NCBI GenBank assembly: GCA_963745835.1
Contig: CAVUZH010000003.1
Span: 320,001 to 384,000 of the forward strand
Source: an uncultured delta proteobacterium
GTDB taxonomy: Bacteria > Desulfobacterota > Binatia > UBA9968
Direction of reading: 5' to 3'
DNA: 64,000 nucleotides
Made by a program: the position numbers and the translations under genes. The number at the start of each line of letters is the position of its first letter. Position 1 is the stretch's first letter. Positions 42,407-50,267 of the stretch are shown here, piece by piece. The notes beneath the pieces were generated by a model. The model had not been told where the DNA came from. It did not search any database and worked only from the letters and a program-made list of their open reading frames with translations.

Positions 42407-42635
42407 GGATCTCTCCTCCTTACGCTTACTTTGGAATCGAGTTTGGTGCAGCTCCCCTATGCTCGATGTAGCGAATTCCTTATGTGCGCCTATTGATATT
42501 CGTGTGGCTGGGAAGATCCAGTCCGGGCGAAGAAAGGAGATCAGAAGATGAGACCAGATCGTTAGACCCAGCCCAAGTTGGTCGCCCTGAAGATAGGAAT
42601 AGTGATCGGAAGAAGTCAAGGAGAAAAAGTCTGTT

Positions 42636-42735
42636 TGTTGTAGCGAAACGATAATGTCAGGGGTTAATAGCAACGTGATTATGTCAGGGTGGGCAAATGG
42701 ATATCACCCTGCCGATGAGACAACAGCCCATCTGA
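42636..42735 (+). mobile_element. IS1202/ISNCY-like left end with a 12-codon transposase stub
   Basis: TGT terminus, two 22-bp motifs TAGC-N10-TGTCAGGG at a 27-bp period, then ATG at 42697 reading MDITLPMRQQ. Confidence 0.55.
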
Positions 42736-43269
42736 AATCGACATTCCTGCGAAGAATCCAAATGCTCATTCTCCAGTTCTTCAATGGGGACAAGAAGCAA
42801 GCAGAGATAATAGGGGAGGAGCTGTTCAAGATCTCAGAGGAGTTAAAGCCGAAGTCCCGGCCAATTCCTGAAGCCTTCAGGAAATTGTCTAAGCTCGAAC
42901 TATTCTGCAAGGCAATCCAAGCGCACGGACGGGAGGCAACCGGAACTCACTCCCGTCGAGGCTGATAATCCCGGCGCATTTCGTTTCGCCGAATGGCAGA
43001 GGAAATTTGGAGGTTTGCCGCACAGTTCCGGCTATACGAAATTCCCGAGCTTCACCGAAGGTTACGCGGCGCTTCGAGCTTTTCTCAGAACCGCCTGTAC
43101 GGTTTACGGCAAGACTTACAATCCGACAATGACGCTCTATCAGTTCTTCGCTAAATACGCGCCTGATAGCGATCAAGGACCCGGACTCGCGAAATCGAAA
43201 CAGTACGCGGAATACGTAGCGGAGAGAATAGGAGTACCCCCAAGTACGCAGTTAAGAAGTTTAGCGTAA
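42736..43269 (+). pseudogene. phage lysozyme-like / NNPG-type peptidoglycan hydrolase, frameshifted
   Basis: LELFCKAIQAH.. then, in another frame, DNPGAFRF..KFPSF-EGYAAL..TLYQFFAKYAP-SD..YAEYVA--IGV. Confidence 0.65.
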
Positions 43270-43304
43270 AGGTCAAACAATTTATCGGCCAACAAAATGA
43301 TTAA

Positions 43305-43478
43305 ATGACAGCATCAAAAGCTTGGGCAGCACTGGTTACGACCTTTGTGATGCCCTATCTGGCGCAGTACGGTATCGTCCCCGAGACGACCCTTGAACAG
43401 TTTCTAGTGATCATCGGAGGAGCCGCTATCAGCGCACTAATCGTCTACTTCGTCCCGAACAAGCCAGTAACCGAATAA
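43305..43478 (+). CDS. holin-like small membrane protein (57 aa)
   Basis: MTASKAWAALVTTFVMPYLAQYGI...IIGGAAISALIVYFVPNK; two hydrophobic segments; follows the lysin. Confidence 0.6.
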   Translation: MTASKAWAALVTTFVMPYLAQYGIVPETTLEQFLVIIGGAAISALIVYFVPNKPVTE

Positions 43479-43581
43479 CCATGCGCCGCCTTGTGCGCCC
43501 AGTATTCTGGATTTCGCTATACCTGTATGTTCTGTTGCGCCCGGCCGTCGAATATCTAGGCCGCTAATTTTCGGTCAAAGG

Positions 43582-43618
43582 TTATACAAAAGAGCCCTTC
43601 AGGGGCTTTTTTGTATAA
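43582..43618. terminator. bidirectional intrinsic terminator
   Basis: TTATACAAAAGAGCCC-TTCA-GGGGCTTTTTTGTATAA. Confidence 0.8.
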
Positions 43619-43872
43619 GAACGCATCGGAGACTCAGCTCGCGATGCCTTGCTATGACCGTTCTCTATCCAGTTTTTTCCGGCTTCCAGTCCGGCTTGCT
43701 CTGCGTCTTCGAACCGGTTGAATAGCTCGGGCGATCCCGTGAGAAAACGGACTCCACGAGTGTTTCCAATTTGGGGCCAGTTGACGGACGCACTGGATTT
43801 CCACTTTCCAGTATTCTCATCGTAAACGGGCGTACTGACGATGGTGTGGTGGTGATACGTTATGACGGCCAT
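43582..43872 (-). CDS. small hypothetical protein, paralog 1 (CV_2116-like)
   Basis: Y--HTIVS..YD--TGKW....F---E-AE-AGLE-GK-WI. Confidence 0.7.
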   Translation of the reverse strand: MAVITYHHHTIVSTPVYDENTGKWKSSASVNWPQIGNTRGVRFLTGSPELFNRFEDAEQAGLEAGKNWIENGHSKASRAESPMRSYTKKPLKGSFV

Positions 43873-44091
43873 AGGGAGCCTCCCGATGCGGGTCCCGGCC
43901 TAGAGCTGGGCCCGTATGGACGAAATACCGTTAAAACGCCAAAAGAAGGATCAACTTACCCTAAAGGGATTTCAGAGTAAACAAAAAAGGGAACGCTTTT
44001 GACAGCCTAAATTATAGGCTGACAGCTGAGAGCCACGCCCAGAGCGGAGCGGAGCAAATTCAACAGCGACGGATGAACAGGTTGTAAACAG

Positions 44092-44325
44092 CTAGGTCAG
44101 AACTGACGAGGATAGCTTCTTATCAACCCAAGTCTTTGAGTGCTCAAGGCCAGCTATTTCTGCCTCTTCAACGCGAGAGAATTCCTCTGGGGAGTCCCTG
44201 AGAAAATAGATGTGGTCACCGCTTGCTTGCCAGCTAATGCAAGCGCTTAATTTCCACTTTCCAGTCTCAACATCATAAACAGCAGTCGAGACGATAGTAT
44301 GATCTCGGTAAAGAACGTAGGCCAT
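44092..44325 (-). CDS. small hypothetical protein, paralog 2 (CV_2116-like)
   Basis: MAYVLYRDHTIVSTAVYDVETGKWK..F--VEEAEIAGLE-SKTWVD aligns with paralog 1. Confidence 0.72.
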   Translation of the reverse strand: MAYVLYRDHTIVSTAVYDVETGKWKLSACISWQASGDHIYFLRDSPEEFSRVEEAEIAGLEHSKTWVDKKLSSSVLT

Positions 44326-44437
44326 CGAGATAGGACACGAATTGTCTGCTGACGCGGGAAATATGTCAACTCGCATGTGCAGGTTGTGTGCCTGTACCGG
44401 CATGGAGGTTTCCGATTATACTGAAAGAAAGTCTTCA

Positions 44438-44689
44438 ATGAGATTAACCCAAGACAACGAATTAAGAACCGGCCCCGACATGGACCGATATGTGGTTCAT
44501 CTGCTAAAGGAAATGCAAGGCAATCTGTGCGCGCGCATTGATTGTATGGAATTACTCACTAACGGCTATCAGATCGCTCATAAGAAATATGGTGAAGACA
44601 TAACCATCTATGACTTGGAGCTTCTTTGTCCGGCTTGCCACGCGAAAGATCATAATCTTAAGAGCTGTAGGGGATTATTGAGGTATTGA
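44438..44689 (+). CDS. small HNH-like endonuclease
   Basis: C-x4-C, IAHKKYG, LELLCPACHAKDH. Confidence 0.65.
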   Translation: MRLTQDNELRTGPDMDRYVVHLLKEMQGNLCARIDCMELLTNGYQIAHKKYGEDITIYDLELLCPACHAKDHNLKSCRGLLRY

Positions 44690-44749
44690 AATTGAAGTTG
44701 TGCGGCGTGTCGCACCATGCAGGTTCTGCGACGCGGTTAAGGCTTATCG

Positions 44750-45230
44750 TTTTTAGGTACTGGAAGGAGAGCCTGATAGAACATGATGAATTCATCAGTC
44801 AGTTGTCGAATATTCACTGCAAAATCATTTAGCATCTTTTCATCGTAAACTTCTGCATTAAAATAAAAGGCCATGTTTAACTTGCGTCGTAATTTTAAGT
44901 CTTTTTATAGTACCAGGTATCTCGCCCGCTGCCCAAAATGAATGCGTTATGTTATTTCTCTCTTCTTCGATTGTAGTCGCTCTTTTCATAAACGCTTTCA
45001 ATTTCAGATAGTCCGAGTTTTCACCGTATTGTTCCTTGTGCAACGCAAGTATAGCCACTCTCAGGCGTGTGAATGAAAGCTGGCTCGCGAGGATGTGCCC
45101 GATTCGTGCAGTTTGGTCCACCAAAAAATATAAAAACTGCTTGCATATGCAATTCAAGTGCTGCGAACGATACGGTCATGTCACCGTTTGGCGTGAGAAG
45201 ATGTCGAGGAACTGGATGTTCAAAGCTCAT
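44750..45230 (-). pseudogene. HEPN-like protein (RxxxxH), two frameshifts; 3' end approximate
   Basis: GDMTVSFAALE / QLSF--LR..EERNNITHSFW / continuation NAEVYDEKMLNDFA in a third frame. Confidence 0.55.
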
Positions 45231-45271
45231 AGGTAGCGTCTACAGTTTTTATCTGTATGGAGCCGCTAAAT

Positions 45272-45874
45272 CTAACGGCACCCAAGCTCTTCTTCCATAG
45301 CCTTATAACGCTCCACCAATGAGTTCTTCACCCGCTGTAATGGGACATTATCCCGCTCCAGGCATTCTTTGTATTGTAGCAGTATGGTCGGCATGGGTTT
45401 CCAATCACAGCATACAGTAAAGAAATAGCCCATATTGCGAAACTTGGCCACCTCCGGAATCGGTAAAGAGTTATAAATATGCAATACCAGTTCATCTATT
45501 CCCACCAATTCAGCAGTTGATGATCCGCCCGGCGCCCCATACGCAGAATTGTTGGGGTATCTGTTAAGATAATGCCATTCGAGGCGTTTCAGAACGTCAT
45601 TGAACTGTGTCGCATTGAAGCAGGGCGTTACCTTCGAAGCGGCGGCTGCGGCGTCTCTGATGTGATGGCCGTACTTTTTCTTATGAGAGGGGGTTGCGTA
45701 CAACAGAAGGCCCTTAAGATATTTTTCCACGGCTTCTGCTCCAAGGCGAAAACCGGGGAAAAAACCATTCAACAAAGAAGATCGGCATGCTATGTAATCA
45801 TCGGTGGCGTATCGTACGAATTCCGCAGCCTCCGAATTGGCCCTGCTAAATTCAATGAGTTCGGTCGCGTTCAT
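45272..45874 (-). CDS. HEPN domain protein
   Basis: A-DDYIACR, AEAVEKYLKGLL, GHHI, NRYP. Confidence 0.75.
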   Translation of the reverse strand: MNATELIEFSRANSEAAEFVRYATDDYIACRSSLLNGFFPGFRLGAEAVEKYLKGLLLYATPSHKKKYGHHIRDAAAAASKVTPCFNATQFNDVLKRLEWHYLNRYPNNSAYGAPGGSSTAELVGIDELVLHIYNSLPIPEVAKFRNMGYFFTVCCDWKPMPTILLQYKECLERDNVPLQRVKNSLVERYKAMEEELGCR

Positions 45875-45918
45875 CTGTGAAGTCCTTCCAATTCTATTGA
45901 TCTTTTATAGCACAAACT

Positions 45919-46338
45919 TTGTCCACTAGTCAGCTTGTCTGCCTGGCTTTAGACCGGAGGTATGAAATAATCATCAAAAGTAATCCGGAAATCGCCATAG
46001 AACTTGATTCGGATGAGGATGCACCAAAAGAAGTTATCGACATTGCGCCAAGGTCTGACATCAAAAGCGAACCCGAGAGAGAGCCGGAACCGATAGTAAA
46101 AGCCAAGCGCGGCAGACCTTCGAAAAGCGGCGCTCGATGCTCGAACTGCGGAGAGGCCGGACATAACAAAAAAACGTGTACCGAAAAGCTACCGTCCAAA
46201 AAACCATCAAAAGATGATGGCCCGTTCGACAACGATCTCGCAGATAAAATTGAAGGCATGAAAGAGGAAGGATTTTCAGCAGAGTATATTGCTGACGATC
46301 TTCGCCTTCCATTAGACATCGTTAAACGCTACTGGTAA
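45919..46338 (+). CDS. phage-like protein with AT-hook, CCHC zinc knuckle and C-terminal HTH-like segment (5' end uncertain)
   Basis: KRGRPSK, CSNCGEAGHNKKTC, GFSAEYIADDLRLPLDIV. Confidence 0.65.
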   Translation: MSTSQLVCLALDRRYEIIIKSNPEIAIELDSDEDAPKEVIDIAPRSDIKSEPEREPEPIVKAKRGRPSKSGARCSNCGEAGHNKKTCTEKLPSKKPSKDDGPFDNDLADKIEGMKEEGFSAEYIADDLRLPLDIVKRYW

Positions 46339-46481
46339 TGACCGAAGCAGAAATTCTCCGAACTCATCTCTCCAAAGCCGGGAAAGCTGGCAACACAGCC
46401 ATGCGCAAAAAGTACGCGCACAAGCTCAAAAAGTTTGCTTCTAAAGGTGGTAAGAATCGCTGGAAAAACCGCTCTAAATAA
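46338..46481 (+). CDS. small basic KGG-motif protein (47 aa)
   Basis: TAATG overlap with the upstream gene; SKAGKAG...FASKGGKNRW. Confidence 0.55.
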   Translation: MTEAEILRTHLSKAGKAGNTAMRKKYAHKLKKFASKGGKNRWKNRSK

Positions 46482-46762
46482 CGCCTATTCGTTATCCACA
46501 GGTAAATAGATCAACACCCGAGCTAATTCTTTCCTATCATTAAAGAGTAGAGATACTCCGGTTGGACTTCTCTTACAGGCCGGAAAATCAACTTCAAACG
46601 GATGCGCGGTAGGCGAGATGGCGGAGTTTATAACGCGAGTGATCGCGGAAGCAGGGGAGATGGGAATCAATATTCCGCCAGCTTCGTTTTATCATCAGAC
46701 GCATGGTTGAATCGTAAATTGGCGTGTGCTTAAAATTTTCTCAGGAAAGGAGGTGAACTAAG

Positions 46763-46945
46763 ATGAAAAAAGTCGTATCACTATCGGCGGTCGCCGTCTT
46801 TGCTTTTGCCATGACGTTAGCAGGCTGTGACAAAAAAGATGAAGAGCCAGTTCCGCCGGCACCACCACCAGGCGCGCTCAAACCAGGTGAAACACCACCG
46901 CCTCCGGCTACAGCACCTCAGAAAGACGAGTCGAAGACCAAGTAA
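46763..46945 (+). CDS. small Pro-rich lipoprotein
   Basis: AAGGAGGT RBS, MKK signal, LAGC lipobox, Pro-rich tail. Confidence 0.8.
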   Translation: MKKVVSLSAVAVFAFAMTLAGCDKKDEEPVPPAPPPGALKPGETPPPPATAPQKDESKTK

Positions 46946-46977
46946 GTAAGTTATCCACCAGTTTCCCACAGAAAAGC

Positions 46978-47013
46978 GAAAATCCGAGCTTGCTGAAGCG
47001 GGCTCGGATTTTC
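46978..47013. terminator. intrinsic terminator (bidirectional-type hairpin)
   Basis: GAAAATCCGAGCTTGC/GCGGGCTCGGATTTTC. Confidence 0.7.
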
Positions 47014-47519
47014 TATCATATGATTATGCAAAGTTTTACAGCTTCATTTTCATATGTACCTGTAAATCCGTCAAGTGGACATCCGCTTGGCGTTTTTTGC
47101 GCTTAAAAACCAGTAATAACGGCGTTTAAGGGAAGGCCAAAGAAAACTTCTCTTCAACTGAAACCGACAGACCGAGACTCTGTCCGTCCTTCTTTCTTTT
47201 TTAATCGTGGCGCGGCGTTTAGAAAATGAAGAAGGGCAGACATTCCCTCCCGACGACCAGAATCAAATATGGAAGCACACGTAAAAAAGCTGGAGGGCCT
47301 ATGTTGCAAACACAAAAGATTCACAACAGAGCATCCGGACGCAATCACTCTCACCGGAGGCTTATGAGAACATGCCGGTGCAGATAAACTTGAACGATCC
47401 CTCAATTTGAATGTTTTAGTAGGGAAACATGTTGACAGCCAATTTCCTCCTGGATATCAATTGGTGATCTACGTTGGCGAGATTGTTTGACGCCCTTGGT
47501 CTACCAACCTACAAGGGGG

Positions 47520-47872
47520 ATGACTCTTTATGAAAGGGAGATAAGTGTTGGAGACTTTATCCACCAAGTTAAAGAGGAACTTGTTGCGGCTCAGAAGCCA
47601 GAGGAGAAGCCGTTTTACGCGCTAACTGAAGTACACTTGAGGTAAGCTTTGTTCTTGATGTTACCGGGAAGGCAGGAATCAACCTTTACGTGGCTGATTT
47701 GGGGACTGAAACCAAGGCTGAGCAAACACACAAAGTCACTTTAAAATTTATTCCGATCCAAGCAGAAACAATTGTTGAACACAAGCTTATGAAAGGTGGC
47801 GGAGGAGACAGTGGACTAATTGGTGTTGGTGGTCGTTTCAAACCCGTTCCCTATCGACCCCAGAACGAGTAA
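47520..47872 (+). pseudogene. Trypco2-like (trypsin-co-occurring) domain protein, frameshift at ~47637
   Basis: ISVGDFIHQVKEELVAA..FYALTEVHL / EVSFVL..GKAGINLYVADLG..QTHKVTLKF-P. Confidence 0.6.
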
Positions 47873-47955
47873 GGATCTTGGTTGGAACACAATGTAGCCG
47901 GTATACCAGAATCTGACCAGCTACACTGGATGTAATACAGGTTTTGAGTGGCGAA

Positions 47956-48186
47956 TTATCTTCCCAAGTCTGGTTTCCCGTCATCAATCCATTTTTTACC
48001 AGCTTCTATTCCCCAGGATTCCGCTTCAGCCTTCGATGCGAATCCGTCCAATGGCCCTTCAAATCTCCGATTCTTGTCCCCGGTCGCTTCCGGATACAAT
48101 ACGTTAATCTCAACATCCCACCGATCGCTATCCGGCTTCTCGCGACTAACCGCCTGAATTCTGTGCCCGTGATAGCTCATCTCCAC
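47956..48186 (-). CDS. small hypothetical protein, paralog 3 (CV_2116-like)
   Basis: YHGHRI...RW...FASKAEAESWGIEAGKKWID. Confidence 0.7.
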   Translation of the reverse strand: MEMSYHGHRIQAVSREKPDSDRWDVEINVLYPEATGDKNRRFEGPLDGFASKAEAESWGIEAGKKWIDDGKPDLGR

Positions 48187-48269
48187 TGTCTGCCTCCCAG
48201 GAAGCGTATCATCCGTACAATCAGCCCTATGACCGCAACAACAAACATGACCCCAAGAAATTCGACCAT
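48177..48269 (-). CDS. 30-aa hydrophobic peptide
   Basis: MVEFLGVMFVVAVIGLIVRMIRFLGGRQWR; its stop overlaps the ATG at 48180. Confidence 0.4.
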   Translation of the reverse strand: MVEFLGVMFVVAVIGLIVRMIRFLGGRQWR

Positions 48270-48350
48270 TCAGCGTGTTCCTTGATTAACGAAAAGTGGT
48301 TGCTAGTTTAATCGAGTAGTCCGCACACTGGCAACAAGAAAAATCTAATT

Positions 48351-48402
48351 TGTTGTAGCAAAGCGATTATGTCAGGGATTAATGGCAACGTGATTACGTC
48401 AA
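48351..48402 (+). mobile_element. second IS1202-like end, direct repeat of 42636-42687
   Basis: Ungapped alignment with 45 of the first 51 positions identical; same TGT start and internal tandem motif. Confidence 0.65.
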
Positions 48403-48730
48403 GTGAAACACCAGAAGCAAATGTGTCCAGCAAGACGGCAACTATAAGCGAGCGAGAAGATGTTTGAGTCAACTCGATATAATCATTCATAAGCGCAAGC
48501 CAGGGGGTCAAACTGAAAAATTAGAATCATTTAGAATCTTCGATCTCCTCTTTGATTTACAATCGATCTACGCAACGCAATCATGCTGTGGTGGGCTAAC
48601 TTTCGGAGCAAGTCAAATTTGATCTAAAACTTGGAAATAGGGGAAAGATGTTCCCTGTTGATTGGAATAAGAGCCTGTCGTCGAGTGCAAAACGCTTGTT
48701 TGACAATGTATTTGAGAGAGCATAGTACGT

Positions 48731-48963
48731 TGATCTTTAAGAGTCTGCGTCGGATACCAGCAAAGTCGTGGCGCGAAGTTCGATAGGATAGCGAACTGCT
48801 CCAAAACGGCTCGCGAAAGGGTCGTAGCGATTTATGAGCTCTTAATCAGTCAGCTCGCCCAGGATGGCTCTGTAAACGAGACAAACACTGCACGGAGTCA
48901 TCGACGAACAATTGGTCGAGGCCAAGATCACGGAAGTACCTCTACCGCGTGTGACCGACTCTG
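48731..48963 (+). ncRNA. candidate structured RNA (two multi-branch domains)
   Basis: Nested stems found by eye, downstream of TTGACA(48700)-17 nt-TAGTAC. Confidence 0.3.
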
Positions 48964-49120
48964 CTCCCGCTCTATCAGCTATTAAAAGCGGCGTTCTTCC
49001 TGCGGTTTTCGCGGTTACTTAGTAGCGCGTGTTATAGATGAATTCTCTCTCTGCCGGTAAAGATCAATCGAGAACAGGCTAAACATCGCGCGCAGATCTC
49101 GAGTTGGGCTCAAGCACATT

Positions 49121-50083
49121 ATGAAAAAACATCCGTTGATCGTTTGCTTTGTGCTCGCAATCCTCGCCCTAGCAACGCAGGGGAGCGCGCAACAAAAAAT
49201 CGCCGTGAGCTATCCGGGCATCGCTGGTTACAATATTCCCTTCTGGGTGACGCTGGATACGGCCGAATTTAAAAAAGCCGGACTGGAAGTCGATCCGGTC
49301 TTGATTTCGGGCGGTTCGAAGAGCATGCAAGCGTTGTTATCCGGTGGTCTCGATTTCGCTCACGTGAGCGGCGGTGTTTCCGTCCAAGCCAGTCTCAGTG
49401 GGGCTGATGTGGTGATTATCGGCACCGGTTCGAATTCGATGTCTGCCGGCGTCATTGCCGTGAAGGAGATCAAGAGCTACCAAGACCTCAAAGGCAAAAG
49501 GGTCGGTATTGCCAGCTTCGGCGGCAACAACGACATCGGCCTTCGCTTCGCGTTCAACAAGAACGGCATCAACCCGGATAAAGACGTGACGTTCCTGCAG
49601 TTAGGCGGCGAGCGCAACCGCCTGACGGCGCTGGAGCGCGGCGCCATCTCCGCGACGATCATTTCGCCGCCCGGCTTGTTCGTCGCCGAAGCGCAAGGCT
49701 ACACCCGATTGGGCGACTTGAACGCCATGGGCATGCGCTACCCTGAGTTGTCGATCGTCGCGCGCAAACGCGACTTGAAGGAACGTCGTGACGTCATTCG
49801 GCGTTATCTGCGCGCATATCTCGAAGGCGTGCGTATCATGAAAACCAATCGCGAAGTTACGGTGGGGCTGATCGAAAAGTACATTCACGTCGGCTCCAAA
49901 GCAGAGGCGATCAAAACCTATGATTATTTCGCCAAAAGTATTTCCGATACATTGCGCACCGGGCGGGAGGGCATCACCGAGTTCCTTGCCACCCTGGAGC
50001 CGAAGAATCCGGGCGCTTCCAAGCGCAGTCCCAACGATTTTATCGACGAGTCTGTGCTGGAAGAGGTTTTGAAAACCCGCTAA
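49121..50083 (+). CDS. NMT1/SsuA-type solute-binding protein
   Basis: Signal peptide, FKKAGLEV, DLKGKRVGIASFGG, INPDKDV, FIDES. Confidence 0.92.
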   Translation: MKKHPLIVCFVLAILALATQGSAQQKIAVSYPGIAGYNIPFWVTLDTAEFKKAGLEVDPVLISGGSKSMQALLSGGLDFAHVSGGVSVQASLSGADVVIIGTGSNSMSAGVIAVKEIKSYQDLKGKRVGIASFGGNNDIGLRFAFNKNGINPDKDVTFLQLGGERNRLTALERGAISATIISPPGLFVAEAQGYTRLGDLNAMGMRYPELSIVARKRDLKERRDVIRRYLRAYLEGVRIMKTNREVTVGLIEKYIHVGSKAEAIKTYDYFAKSISDTLRTGREGITEFLATLEPKNPGASKRSPNDFIDESVLEEVLKTR

Positions 50084-50267
50084 GCACTTTAGGCGGTAAT
50101 GGTGTTGTTTGACGGACTCCTTCCGCTTTGGCACGCAAAGGTTTTCGGACGGGTGAAGGGTTCGGTGGCAGAGCTTCTGCGGATTCCCGCCTTTCGGGCT
50201 TGCCCCGTCAAACGTGAAAGAAAGACCAACAGGCGCCGGTGTCTTAGCCTTAAAACGGAGGAAGTGA

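Noticed and set aside
42600-42635. XerCD dif-like target next to the IS1202-like ends
   Set aside because: Neither flank resembles the 11-6-11 dif consensus.
42407-42673. N-terminal extension of ORF 40682-42673, and ORF 48308-48511 with a similar peptide
   Set aside because: The shared PDII--LQQ text is just the antisense translation of the repeated IS-like end; the real start with an RBS is at 42406.
44700-45290. Integron attC sites around the HEPN-like gene (GTTAGAT at ~45275 on the minus strand, hairpin at 44706-44735)
   Set aside because: No paired RYYYAAC/GTTRRRY boxes around a single hairpin, and no integrase.
46492-47566. Chromosomal oriC from DnaA boxes
   Set aside because: Only one perfect box and a few scattered near matches (one inside a CDS); no dnaA/dnaN/gyrB context.
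42636-48402. Intact prophage
   Set aside because: No integrase, terminase, capsid or replication genes; only fragments are present.
48836-48852. tRNA-Lys(CTT) or att remnant (CTCTTAATCAG)
   Set aside because: Only ~11 nt match; no T-arm GTTCGA or acceptor stem follows, and the sequence is explained as one arm of an inverted repeat.
50170-50210. c-di-GMP-I riboswitch on the minus strand (GGCAAGCCCGAAAGG...CGCAGAAGC)
   Set aside because: Poor match to the GGCAAAC/GACGCAAAGC core, and it is antisense to the operon.
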